DNA of 64,000 bases from Alphaproteobacteria bacterium (GTDB lineage: Bacteria > Pseudomonadota > Alphaproteobacteria > Rs-D84 > SZUA-605), in NCBI GenBank assembly GCA_031549385.1, contig JAVBPW010000005.1, forward strand, positions 74,428 through 138,427, written 5' to 3'. The position numbers and the translations under genes are program-made. The notes under the pieces are model-generated. The model did no database searches and was not told where the DNA came from. It was given only the letters and a program-made list of their open reading frames with translations. Shown here in pieces: positions 40,913-50,548 of this stretch. The number at the start of each line of letters is the position of its first letter. Position 1 is the first letter of the stretch.

Positions 40913-41308
40913 TTATAGCTTTTCAAGCTTGTAATTCATATCTGATTTAATTTCATTACCTTCTTGGTCTAGTTTTTCTAATGTTCTTCTGTTTACTATT
41001 TTATAAAATACATCCTCGTTTTTATCATAACCTAGTTGAATTATTTTTCCATCTTCTGATGGTGTCCATTTTCCAACTTCTGTAAATATTTCATCTGATT
41101 TACCTATGTATTGAGTTTCTAAGAAATATGTGAAGTCTTGTCTCACTGTTAATTTTGTTCTTATACCTTCACAATCTGCACATGGAAGTACTCCTGCATA
41201 AATGCCTACTGGTGATGTTTTTGAATCTTTGATGAAAATTAAATATAGTGAGAATGCTAATAGGATTACTATTATTACATTTAATACTTTTTTTACTTTT
41301 GGTGACAT
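40913..41308 (-). CDS. NlpE N-terminal-domain (CutF-like) protein
   Basis: GIYAGVLPCADCEGIRTKL...KLDQEG. Confidence 0.85.
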   Translation of the reverse strand: MSPKVKKVLNVIIVILLAFSLYLIFIKDSKTSPVGIYAGVLPCADCEGIRTKLTVRQDFTYFLETQYIGKSDEIFTEVGKWTPSEDGKIIQLGYDKNEDVFYKIVNRRTLEKLDQEGNEIKSDMNYKLEKL

Positions 41309-41400
41309 GGTATCTCTCCTTTACTTTTTAAAAGTATAAAATATAAAATTTTGTTTTTCAAATAAAAAAAACCGCATAATGCGGTTTTAGAAAAAGATTT

Positions 41401-42021
41401 TTAACATTTTCCATTTACTTTACTTCTGCGAACTTCAATGTCATTTGGTAACCCTTCGTATTTTGGACAATGTGTTATTTGAATATCAGTGAATGCGAAA
41501 TTTGTTTTTTCAAATCCAGTGAAATTCGAACATTTCTTTACAAATACAAATGGTGCATGAAAGCCTTCCGGAAATCTTGTGAAGTTGCTACAGTTAATAA
41601 TATAAATTTTATTTACAGTATCTCTTCTTTTGCATTGGAAATAGCTTTGTCCAAGAACAAATCCTTTTGTAAATCCTACAAAAGATTGATCGTTTTTAAT
41701 TTTTACATATTCATCATTTTTGGCTATTTTGATTTTATAGTAATCAAAACATCCGTTGTGTTCAAATATATAAAAACTTCCAAGTATTGGAGAGTTCCAT
41801 TCTTGATTTGCTAAAACCTTTACCATCACGGTAAGAGGGAAGTTGGCTTTTATTACAAAAAAACAAATTATAGCTACAAATGCTGTTGCTATTGTGCCAA
41901 CTAATGGATTACGTTGAATTGTTAGAATGGCTAAATAAGCAACAACAAATGTTGTAGCGGAAAAGAAAATTATGGCGAATATTTGCCATCCATCAGGTCG
42001 TAAAACTTTGTACTTTTTCAT
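41401..42021 (-). CDS. Two-TM hypothetical protein
   Basis: Start reassigned to MKKYKV; two TM helices. Confidence 0.65.
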   Translation of the reverse strand: MKKYKVLRPDGWQIFAIIFFSATTFVVAYLAILTIQRNPLVGTIATAFVAIICFFVIKANFPLTVMVKVLANQEWNSPILGSFYIFEHNGCFDYYKIKIAKNDEYVKIKNDQSFVGFTKGFVLGQSYFQCKRRDTVNKIYIINCSNFTRFPEGFHAPFVFVKKCSNFTGFEKTNFAFTDIQITHCPKYEGLPNDIEVRRSKVNGKC

Positions 42022-42175
42022 TGTCGATTTTTTTAAGTTTGATTTATTAGAATTTATAAGAAATATAGTTGTGAAATTTTCTTTTGTCAAGCTAAACAAG
42101 TAACTTGACATGTTTAAATCTGATTGATATAGTGCATTGGCAAAATTGGGAATTATAAAACAAAAGGAATAAAAG

Positions 42176-42742
42176 ATGAATCCATGGCATGATATTGAAA
42201 ATTTTAAAGATGTACCTGAAACTGTTAAGGCTATTATAGAAATACCTAAAGAATCTAAGGTGAAATACGAACTTGATAAAGAAACTGGGTTGTTAAAACT
42301 TGATAGAGTTTTATATTCTGCTGTGCATTATCCTGCTAATTATGGGTTTATTCCTCAAACTTATTGTGATGATAAAGATCCTCTTGATATTTTAGTTCTT
42401 GGGGCAGAGCCTGCTATACCTCTTTGTATTATTAGAGCTAAACCTATTGGAGTTATGAAAATGGTTGATGGTGGGGAAACAGATGATAAAATTATAGCCG
42501 TAAATGTTGGGGATCCTGGATTTAATCACTATTCTCATATTGATCAACTTCCACCACATACACTTATTAATTTACAAAGATTTTTTAAGGACTACAAAAA
42601 ATTAGAAGAAAAAGATGTGAAAATCGAAATGCTTCTTGGTCCTGTGGATGCTAAACGAATTATTATTGAAGCTATGCAACTTTACCAAAAAGAAAAAGAA
42701 AATTTGATAAAGCCTTGTTGCTGTAAAGGTGAAAAGAGCTAA
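42176..42742 (+). CDS. ppa: Inorganic pyrophosphatase (family I)
   Basis: KYELDK, LDRVL, YPANYGFIP, DKDPLD, DDKIIAV. Confidence 0.96.
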   Translation: MNPWHDIENFKDVPETVKAIIEIPKESKVKYELDKETGLLKLDRVLYSAVHYPANYGFIPQTYCDDKDPLDILVLGAEPAIPLCIIRAKPIGVMKMVDGGETDDKIIAVNVGDPGFNHYSHIDQLPPHTLINLQRFFKDYKKLEEKDVKIEMLLGPVDAKRIIIEAMQLYQKEKENLIKPCCCKGEKS

Positions 42743-42837
42743 GAAATTAGCTCTTTTTTATTGCAATTTGTAATAAGTATGGTAGAAATGTTGGTATAAA
42801 CTTAAAAATCAAAATTAAAATCTAAATTTTATTATAT

Positions 42838-43329
42838 ATGAATACAAAAATGTTTCTAGCAACATCTGAAAAACCTTTAAGAGAATGGTTATCATCTTTT
42901 TTTGATGTGAGAACTGCTTATCTTAATGATGAACTTATTGGTTCTATGGTTGATTATAGTGAATTAACCGAAGATTTGGTTATTGGTGTGGCTAAACGGA
43001 TAGAAAAAGAATTTGCTACCAGTTTTGGAAACTATTCAAACCGAGTACTTATCAAAAAAGATGGTGAAGACGAAGAGGGAGTTATTTCAACTGTTACTGT
43101 TGAGTTGAAAAGTAAGGATATTGTATTTCCTACAAACTATCCTCAATTCTTTACATTTGATAAAGATGGAAAGACATATGCGTTTTTTGAACAGGGAAAT
43201 TATAATCCTAATTATTTGCGTAATGGTGATCCTGGCTTTGAAGTTTGGTTTGATCAAGTTATGAACTTTATCAAATGTAACAAAGCCCGAATGTTCATTG
43301 GGGAATATTATAAACGTATTTATCTGTAA
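42838..43329 (+). CDS. Hypothetical protein
   Basis: 163-aa ORF with its own promoter-like region and terminator. Confidence 0.7.
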   Translation: MNTKMFLATSEKPLREWLSSFFDVRTAYLNDELIGSMVDYSELTEDLVIGVAKRIEKEFATSFGNYSNRVLIKKDGEDEEGVISTVTVELKSKDIVFPTNYPQFFTFDKDGKTYAFFEQGNYNPNYLRNGDPGFEVWFDQVMNFIKCNKARMFIGEYYKRIYL

Positions 43330-43405
43330 ATTTATTGCCTTTCATTTTATGAAAGGCTTTTTTTATTGAAAACTTTTAAATTATCAATTATGTTATTGAA
43401 TGTCT

Positions 43406-43493
43406 GGAAGGGTCGCATAGTGGTCTAGTGCACTCGCTTGGAAAGCGAGCAGGTGTTACAGCCTCGGAAGTTCGAATCTTCTCCCTTCCGCCA
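43406..43493 (+). tRNA. tRNA-Ser(GGA)
   Basis: CTCGC-TTGGAAA-GCGAG anticodon arm, long variable arm, CCA end. Confidence 0.96.
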
Positions 43494-43553
43494 TATTTTT
43501 TGAAAAAGATGTTGATTTTTGACTTTGATAATGATATTTTATTACAAGTCTTT

Positions 43554-43630
43554 GGGTTTGTAGCTCAGTTGGTTAGAGCAGGCCGCTCATAACGGTCTGG
43601 TCGCAGGTTCGAGTCCTGCCAAACCCACCA
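43554..43630 (+). tRNA. tRNA with CAT anticodon, probably Ile2 (lysidine)
   Basis: GGGTTTGTAGCTCAG...CTCATAA...CAAACCCACCA; paired G1-C72, so not an initiator. Confidence 0.9.
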
Positions 43631-43648
43631 ATGTTTTTGTGAGGAAAC

Positions 43649-44251
43649 ATGTCTGTTATAATAAATTTCAAAATTTGTGATAATGCTAAAGAATGTGGGA
43701 GGATTGAAGTTTGTCCTGTTAATGCTATTTATTGGAATGAAGAAAAAGAAATAATTGAAACTAATAATGATAAATGTGTAAATTGTTCTAAATGTATTAA
43801 TGCCTGTCCTGTTGGGGCAATTAAAGTTGCTAAAAATCAAAAAGAATTTGAAGAAATTAAAAGAAAAATAGATGAAGATACAAGAAAACCTTCTGAACTT
43901 TTCGTTGATAGATATGGTGCAGTTCCTATTTTTAAAAAAATATTAAAAGATAAAAGTGAAATAAAAGATTTTTTAGTAAATCAAGAAGGTTTGGTAATTA
44001 TGGAATTGTTTGATGATAGTTCTATCAATTGTTTATTGAAATCTATACCTGTTAATGAATTATTTAAAAATGAAATTTTAAGTTATATAAAAATTGAAAC
44101 TGATGATAATTTATTATCGGAATATGAGATTGAGGAATTACCAGCATTAACTGTTTTTAAAGATGGAAATTTTATTGGTAAAATAGAAGGTTATTTTGAC
44201 GAAACTCAAAAGGAAGAATTAATAAATAAAATCCAAAAAATTATTTATTAG
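43649..44251 (+). CDS. 4Fe-4S dicluster plus thioredoxin-like protein
   Basis: CDNAKEC...CP and CVNCSKCINACP; C-terminal LPALTVFKDG. Confidence 0.8.
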   Translation: MSVIINFKICDNAKECGRIEVCPVNAIYWNEEKEIIETNNDKCVNCSKCINACPVGAIKVAKNQKEFEEIKRKIDEDTRKPSELFVDRYGAVPIFKKILKDKSEIKDFLVNQEGLVIMELFDDSSINCLLKSIPVNELFKNEILSYIKIETDDNLLSEYEIEELPALTVFKDGNFIGKIEGYFDETQKEELINKIQKIIY

Positions 44252-44930
44252 CTTTCCATCGTGTTGAAGCGTGGGAGTCGTTGCAAAATGGTTTGTTTTC
44301 TGAATGTCCACAACGACACAGTGTTTGACGATTGCGAACTTCATAACTTTTGCCTTCCGCTGATTCTACTCTTATTCCTCCACGTATCCACAATGGGCCG
44401 CTGATTTTTAAATGTGGATCTTCAAGTGTACAGATCTCTTGAGGGAGTTTTTCTTCCAATACATTACCTTCTTTATCTAAGATAATTAAACGGCCAGCAG
44501 GGCACTTGCATGTTTGTCTTATTGCTTCTTCATCACTTTTTTTATCACCCATTTGAACTAGATTCCAAATTCTTCCATTAGCATCACAAAACCTTGCAAA
44601 TGCACAATAATCCTAATTGTCTAATAATGTTAGATTTGGTCCTTCGATGGATTCTGCATTATTTGCTATTGGAGAAAAGCTTGCTGTTTCTGTTCCATCA
44701 AAATTTTTTGCTACATGTGCTCCATCACAAAATGGAGGAGTTTTAGAATGACCACAACGACATAATGCTACTGGGTCTGATTTTATTTCAAATGTTTGAC
44801 CATCACCATATTTAACTGATATTCCATCTTCATCTGTTAGTATTATTTTTTCTGATAAATTTTTTACTCCAAATACTAAATATGGACCATCTTTCATTAC
44901 TTTTATATATGGTTGTTTTGTTTCTGACAT
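44241..44930 (-). pseudogene. CDGSH iron-sulfur protein interrupted by an in-frame TAG
   Basis: The two ORFs are one frame: LLDN*DYCAFARFCD...MGDKK; CRCGHS motifs in both halves. Confidence 0.8.
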
Positions 44931-45038
44931 TTTTTATTCCTCACCTTTGATATAGTTTTATCATTTTATGATTTCAATATCAAGAAAGAAAAAAGCTACC
45001 AGAATGGTAGCTTTTCTCCTTCGTACATTTCTTTAAGC

Positions 45039-45353
45039 CTATTTTGCAGTTGTTGTGCCTGTTGACTTTGATGCTTTTGCTATTGTGATTGCAGCCATAA
45101 CTATTTGTGTCATTTCATCACTTGATTCTGTTGCTTTGTCAGCTAATCTTGCTTTGCATGTTTCTGTGATTTGTTTTGCCATTGTTTTTGTTGGTAATGC
45201 TGATGTTGTTGGATTTAACATCATTACTAATGCTTGTTCTTTTGCACATGATTGGAAATCATTTTTTGCGTTTGTTGCTGATGTTTTTGCATCTTGAATA
45301 GAACATGCTGTTAATGCTAATGCAGATAATACTGCTACTGATAATGTTTTCAT
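45039..45353 (-). CDS. Small lipoprotein
   Basis: Lipobox LTAC; AGGAG SD. Confidence 0.8.
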   Translation of the reverse strand: MKTLSVAVLSALALTACSIQDAKTSATNAKNDFQSCAKEQALVMMLNPTTSALPTKTMAKQITETCKARLADKATESSDEMTQIVMAAITIAKASKSTGTTTAK

Positions 45354-45489
45354 TTTATTTTCTCCTTTTTGTTTTCATAAGATTTTAGAAAAACATTATT
45401 AAAATGTCAACTTAAAAAAATAGCTTGTTTTTTATTCTTCAAATAACTATAATGTCCTTGGTTAACCTCATAATATAAGGAGAAAAATT

Positions 45490-45927
45490 ATGAAAAAAAT
45501 TATGGCTATAACAGCATGTGCACTATGTGTAACTTCATTTGCTCACGCTGACAACGTAGGTTGCGGATTAGGATCAGTTCTTTTCAGCGGACAAAAGGGT
45601 TTAGCTTTTGATCTTGGTGCATCTTTTACTAATGGAATCTTTTCTAACCAAGCTTTTGGTATGACAACAGGATCTTTTGGATGTAAAAAAGACGTAAGAA
45701 TCGAAAGACGTGTTCTTTTTGCATACATGATGGAAAATTATGAACAATTTGCTATGGAAGCTGCAACAGGAAATGATGGCGAAGCTATGAAAGGTGCTGC
45801 TAAATTAGTTAACATGGATTCAAAAGAATTAGCAAAATTAACACATGATAATTTTGATAAAATCTTTGGTCATGGAAATGACGTTTCTGAAGTTACAGAA
45901 AATATTTATGACTTAATTGAAGCTTAA
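45490..45927 (+). CDS. DUF3015-family secreted protein
   Basis: GCGLGS...TNG...NQAFGMTTGSFGC. Confidence 0.85.
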   Translation: MKKIMAITACALCVTSFAHADNVGCGLGSVLFSGQKGLAFDLGASFTNGIFSNQAFGMTTGSFGCKKDVRIERRVLFAYMMENYEQFAMEAATGNDGEAMKGAAKLVNMDSKELAKLTHDNFDKIFGHGNDVSEVTENIYDLIEA

Positions 45928-46039
45928 TTAATAAAGTTTTGAAAATATATAACCCTCGAAAGAGGGTTTTTGTTTTTTTAATAGATTTTATTTAAATAAA
46001 AAACCGCCAAGATGGCAGTTTTGAAACTCTGTATTAAAA

Positions 46040-46348
46040 TTAGTTTCCTGTTACTACTGTGCAGCTTTTTGCATATAATCCTAATACACCAAAGTTGTCT
46101 AAGCTAACAGATGATACGTTTGTGATTTTAGCATCTTTTTTAGCTGCTTCAACTGATGCGTCACCCATTACAACTAGGCCTAAGAAATTTTCTGCGCAAG
46201 CTGTTCCTGTTTTAGATGCACCTGAATTAGATGTTGCCATTACTGGAGCTTTAGTTTGTGTAACTAATCCGCCCATTCCTGCTGGTTGTGATGTGTATGC
46301 GCAAGCGCCTAATAATGCTACTGTTGATAATATTGTTAATTTTTTCAT
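46040..46348 (-). CDS. TRL-like lipoprotein
   Basis: Lipobox LGAC; SKTGTAC...LGLVVMGDASVEAA...CTVVTG. Confidence 0.85.
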   Translation of the reverse strand: MKKLTILSTVALLGACAYTSQPAGMGGLVTQTKAPVMATSNSGASKTGTACAENFLGLVVMGDASVEAAKKDAKITNVSSVSLDNFGVLGLYAKSCTVVTGN

Positions 46349-46453
46349 GTAAATCTCCTTTAAAGTTTAACGGGCTGAATTTTACTAGAATTATTTACTA
46401 TAGTCAACGGTTTTTTATTGCTTTATTCTTTTATTATTGTTATTTTACTTGGA

Positions 46454-48397
46454 ATGAGGAAAATATTTGTATTTGTTTTAGCTATGTTTTTTGTAATTCC
46501 TGCTTTTGCAAGTCAGGAAGCTGTTGATAATTTAATACAAAAAATAGAAGATCAAAAACTTTATGAAGATCCTTATTGGGCAGTTTTACTTCATTATAAA
46601 AAACTTAATTTTGGAACTTATAAAAGTACTATTGCAGATAAGACTTTCTTTTTATCAAAAGATGGAAAGTATGATTTAAAGGCTGAAATGATTGCTACTG
46701 TTAAATCTTTTTTTGGTCCTGAAGTTAAAGAAGAAGAGGTCGAGCGAAAGTTTAAACATAATTATTCATCTAAATATATTAAACAACATGGGCAATGTGC
46801 TTATCCTGCTCGTTTTAAATGGTTAGATTCAAAATTAAATATTTCAAAATATGTAAAAAAACAAAAATGTCCTGCTTTTAAAAAATGGTTTGATGATATG
46901 GATGGTAAGTCTGCGACTGTTGTTTTTGCGTCTAGTTATATAAATAATCCTGCTTCTATGTTTGGGCATACTTTTTTGAGAATCGATAAAGATACTAATA
47001 ATGTTTATAATTCTCCTACTATTAATTATGCTGCTATTACTTCTGAAAAGCCTACTGCACTTGGTTTTGCTCTTAATGGAATATTTGGGGGTTATCCTGG
47101 AATTTACACATTCAATCCTTATTATGAAAAGATTAAAAACTATGGAGTTACTGAAAATAGAGATTTGGTTGAATATAATTTAAACTATAATAGTGAAGAA
47201 ATTGATTTTTTACTTAAGCATATGTGGGAATTGTCTTATACTTATTCAGATTATTATTTCTTTAATCATAATTGCTCTTCTGTGTTAATAGACCTTGTTG
47301 ATGTTGGAAGAGGAAGTGTTGATTTAAATGATGATTTTGGATATTTTATATTGCCTATTAATACTTTGAAAAGTGCAGTGAGGCATGATATTGTTAAAGA
47401 TATTAATTTTAGACCTTCTACTCAAAATAAAATTAAAAATAGATATAAACAGCTTACATCTGACGAAAGAAGAGCTGCTCATGCTTTGAATTTTAAGAAA
47501 TTAGATTTAGTTGATGCTGCTGAGTATAATAAATTATCTGATCAATCTAAAGCTAATGTTTTGGACATTGTTTACGATATGCAACAATATATGTTAGTTA
47601 CTAAAAGAATTGATATTCATTCTATGCGATTTAATTCATTTGTTATTTTAAAAGAAAAAAAAGATTTAGGTATTAATTCTAACTTTGATGATAGTGCTTT
47701 ATTTGAAAGAATCGATTATGGACATAATATTAATACTTTATCATTAGAAGCTGGTTATTCTGATATAAGAGATTCATATGTGTCTTTTTCTCTTATGCCT
47801 TTATATCATCAATTGATGGATGATGATTATGGATTTGTAAAATTTTCTGAAATAAAAGTATTGGAAGCAAAGATAACTTATTTGTTAGAACAACAAAAAT
47901 TCTATCTTGATAAATTTACTTTTTTTAGTCTTGCTTCTCTTGTAAGTAATGAAGCTTTTTTCAGATCTTGGTCTTGGAAATTAGGTTTAGATTATGAAAA
48001 ATTTGAAGACTTTAAAAGATGGAATATTAATAAAGATGTATTTAATGCAACTGGAAGTTTTGGTAAAAGTTACAATACTTTAGGTCAAAATCTTTATCTG
48101 TTACTTAATGGTGGTGTGATGTTTGGTTTTAATCAAGAACTATTTGAACAAGATGTGCTTGGTAAGCTTGGAATTAATATTGGTTCTGCTTATAAATATA
48201 AAAAAATAAAGAATATTTTTGATTTGAAATTTGACACTTATTCTGACCCTGCTTATAACAATTATTCTGTATCAAATTCGTTTGGTTATAATTGGAATAA
48301 AAATAATAGAATTCAATTAAATTTAAAATTTCAAGGACTTTATAATATAGGTAAAGTTAATCGCGAAATTAGTATTTCTTATTTAGCTCATTTTTAA
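46454..48397 (+). CDS. DUF4105-domain protein with C-terminal beta-barrel
   Basis: YPARFKWL, PASMFGHTFLRID, YYFFNHNCS; terminal Phe. Confidence 0.85.
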   Translation: MRKIFVFVLAMFFVIPAFASQEAVDNLIQKIEDQKLYEDPYWAVLLHYKKLNFGTYKSTIADKTFFLSKDGKYDLKAEMIATVKSFFGPEVKEEEVERKFKHNYSSKYIKQHGQCAYPARFKWLDSKLNISKYVKKQKCPAFKKWFDDMDGKSATVVFASSYINNPASMFGHTFLRIDKDTNNVYNSPTINYAAITSEKPTALGFALNGIFGGYPGIYTFNPYYEKIKNYGVTENRDLVEYNLNYNSEEIDFLLKHMWELSYTYSDYYFFNHNCSSVLIDLVDVGRGSVDLNDDFGYFILPINTLKSAVRHDIVKDINFRPSTQNKIKNRYKQLTSDERRAAHALNFKKLDLVDAAEYNKLSDQSKANVLDIVYDMQQYMLVTKRIDIHSMRFNSFVILKEKKDLGINSNFDDSALFERIDYGHNINTLSLEAGYSDIRDSYVSFSLMPLYHQLMDDDYGFVKFSEIKVLEAKITYLLEQQKFYLDKFTFFSLASLVSNEAFFRSWSWKLGLDYEKFEDFKRWNINKDVFNATGSFGKSYNTLGQNLYLLLNGGVMFGFNQELFEQDVLGKLGINIGSAYKYKKIKNIFDLKFDTYSDPAYNNYSVSNSFGYNWNKNNRIQLNLKFQGLYNIGKVNREISISYLAHF

Positions 48398-49375
48398 AAA
48401 ATCTATTAATGATTTCATGTCACTTGGAAGAGGTGACTTATAAGACATTAATTTATGTGTTATTGGATGAGAAAATTTTAATGTTGTTGCGTGAAGCATT
48501 TGTCTTTTAACTTCTGATAATACTTCTTTTACATTTTCATCTTTTATTGTTGATAAATATTTTTCATCTTTCCCATATGTTTTATCGCCTATTATAGGGT
48601 TGTTTTGAGATGCAAGATGTAATCTTATTTGATGTGTTCTCCCAGTTTCTAATGTACAGAGTATTTGAGAAATTTTACCATTTAAAAATGTTTTTTTTGT
48701 TTCATAGTTTGTTATTGCTTCTTTGCCTTTTTCACCAAAAGTTAACATCATCTTTTGACGATTGAATTTTGAACGCATTATTTTGTTTTCTATGCGACCT
48801 TCTAATTGATTAGGCATTCCCCAGCTTAATGCTGTGTATTGTCTGAAAATAGAGTGCTTAGAAAACTGTTTTGATAGGCTTGCGTAAGCCTTGTCTGTTA
48901 AGGCTGCTACCATTACTCCAGAAGTATCTTTATCAAGACGATGAACTATTCCAGGTCTTGTTGCGCCACCTAAAACTGATAGTTTGCCTTTTGTAATGTA
49001 TAAAAGAGCGTTTACTATTGTTTTATCTGGATTTCCTGCACCTATGTGCATAGATATCCCTGCAGGTTTTTCAAAAACGATTATATCGTTATCTTGATAA
49101 TATACGTGAAGAGGGATGTTTTGAGCTTCTATTTTAGCTTGTTGTTCTTGGATGATAGTTATTTGAACTTCGTCATTTTCTGATAGTTTTGTAGATGATT
49201 TTATGACTGTTTTATTATTTAAAAGAGTTAATCCTTCTTTGATTGCTTCTTGGATTTTAACTCTGGAAATGTCTTTTAAATTATCTTGAAGAAATTTATC
49301 TAATCTGACTTTGCTTTCAAGAGATTCTACTTTGAAATTATATGTTTTTTGGAATTGGTCTGTCATTGCACTCAT
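48383..49375 (-). CDS. rluD: RluA-family pseudouridine synthase (RluD-like)
   Basis: S4 domain RLDKFL; HRLDKDTSG; LETGRTHQIR. Confidence 0.9.
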   Translation of the reverse strand: MSAMTDQFQKTYNFKVESLESKVRLDKFLQDNLKDISRVKIQEAIKEGLTLLNNKTVIKSSTKLSENDEVQITIIQEQQAKIEAQNIPLHVYYQDNDIIVFEKPAGISMHIGAGNPDKTIVNALLYITKGKLSVLGGATRPGIVHRLDKDTSGVMVAALTDKAYASLSKQFSKHSIFRQYTALSWGMPNQLEGRIENKIMRSKFNRQKMMLTFGEKGKEAITNYETKKTFLNGKISQILCTLETGRTHQIRLHLASQNNPIIGDKTYGKDEKYLSTIKDENVKEVLSEVKRQMLHATTLKFSHPITHKLMSYKSPLPSDMKSLIDFLKMS

Positions 49376-49787
49376 CTATTAATATTTCAAAGTTTAATTC
49401 GGATTTGTTGTCGTTTTGAACTCTTACTGGGCAATCTATTATACCTTCTGCTAATGCTGATGAAGAAAAATTAGATGGACGGTTTGAATCTTCTATCTTA
49501 TATGCAAATGTTAGAGTTTCTGGACGATATACGCATTTTACTTTTAAATTTGTTGTTGAATTTTTCATTACTGTATATCTTGGATTGCTTGTTGAAGCAC
49601 CTGCACCTGCTATGCAAGGAAAGGAATCAAGTGAATAAATATAAAACTTTGATTCTGATGTTGTTGTTACTTTTACATTATATGTTCTGTAACTCATTCC
49701 TGTTACTGATGGCCAATCTACAATTGGTTCTGCAAATGCTGCTGTAGGTATTAAGGCTGATGATAATAGGTATAATAATTTCTTCAT
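49338..49787 (-). CDS. Secreted hypothetical protein
   Basis: Signal peptide ending AAFA; within an operon. Confidence 0.7.
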   Translation of the reverse strand: MKKLLYLLSSALIPTAAFAEPIVDWPSVTGMSYRTYNVKVTTTSESKFYIYSLDSFPCIAGAGASTSNPRYTVMKNSTTNLKVKCVYRPETLTFAYKIEDSNRPSNFSSSALAEGIIDCPVRVQNDNKSELNFEILIDECNDRPIPKNI

Positions 49788-50539
49788 TTTTGATCCTTTG
49801 CTTCAAATATTACCTTAACTTTCTTTATGTTAGTATCTTCATAGGGAAAAGTAAATGAAAAATCTACAGATGAAAGTGGGCCTATTATTTTTTTGTCTAC
49901 CTCAACTGTTTTTATTGATAGAGTTTCATCCTTTTCATTCATAAACCATATTTCAATTTTTGGAATAGGGTAAATATCATCAGTTTTGTTTACTATTTGT
50001 CCTATTGCTTTGATTTGAGGTTGACTTTCTTGTAAACTGATTTCTGTTTTTGTTAGGGCTATTGAAACATTTTGTTCTTCAACTTTAGGGCTGAATATTT
50101 TGTTTGCTATAATAAACGAAATTATAGCATAAAGGATTAGAAATCCTATGATTATAAATATCATTTTATATTTTTTAAAAAAATCTTTTAATGATACTTT
50201 GGGTTTTTCTAGTTCTTTTGTTATTAATTCATCTATTTTAAATGATGTTTTTTCTTCTTGTTCTTGCTCAGCAAAGATCTCATCTTTTAAGTCAAATTCT
50301 GTATCTGGTTCTTTGATAAATGGTTCTTCTAGTTCAGCTGATACTTTATCAAAATTTAGTTTTAAATCATTTTCTATATCAATAGATATTTGTCTTTGTG
50401 GTTCTTGAAAAAAACTTGTTTCGTCTATATTCCAAAGAGTATCACAACTGCAACATTTAACTTTCTTACCAAGAAGCTCTTCCTTGGTTTTATCCTTCAT
50501 TATAAATTTTGTTTTACATTTAGGACAACGAATTATCAT
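49784..50539 (-). CDS. MJ0042 zinc-ribbon / DUF3426-like membrane protein
   Basis: CPKC...KVKCCSC, TM helix, Ig-like C-terminus. Confidence 0.8.
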   Translation of the reverse strand: MIIRCPKCKTKFIMKDKTKEELLGKKVKCCSCDTLWNIDETSFFQEPQRQISIDIENDLKLNFDKVSAELEEPFIKEPDTEFDLKDEIFAEQEQEEKTSFKIDELITKELEKPKVSLKDFFKKYKMIFIIIGFLILYAIISFIIANKIFSPKVEEQNVSIALTKTEISLQESQPQIKAIGQIVNKTDDIYPIPKIEIWFMNEKDETLSIKTVEVDKKIIGPLSSVDFSFTFPYEDTNIKKVKVIFEAKDQK

Positions 50540-50548
50540 TTATTCACC

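Noticed and set aside
43565-43840. 91-aa minus-strand ORF ending WVWQDSNLRPDRYERPALTN
   Set aside because: Antisense translation of the CAT tRNA and the ferredoxin gene.
44613-44615. Genome-wide TAG recoding
   Set aside because: TAG ends several normal genes here (e.g. 18632, 20687, 26878, 53358), and no pyl genes are in the window.
39485-46022. Recurring stems AAAAGCTACC and AAAACCGC as uptake sequences or REPs
   Set aside because: Only two or three copies each, all in terminators; not seen scattered in coding DNA.
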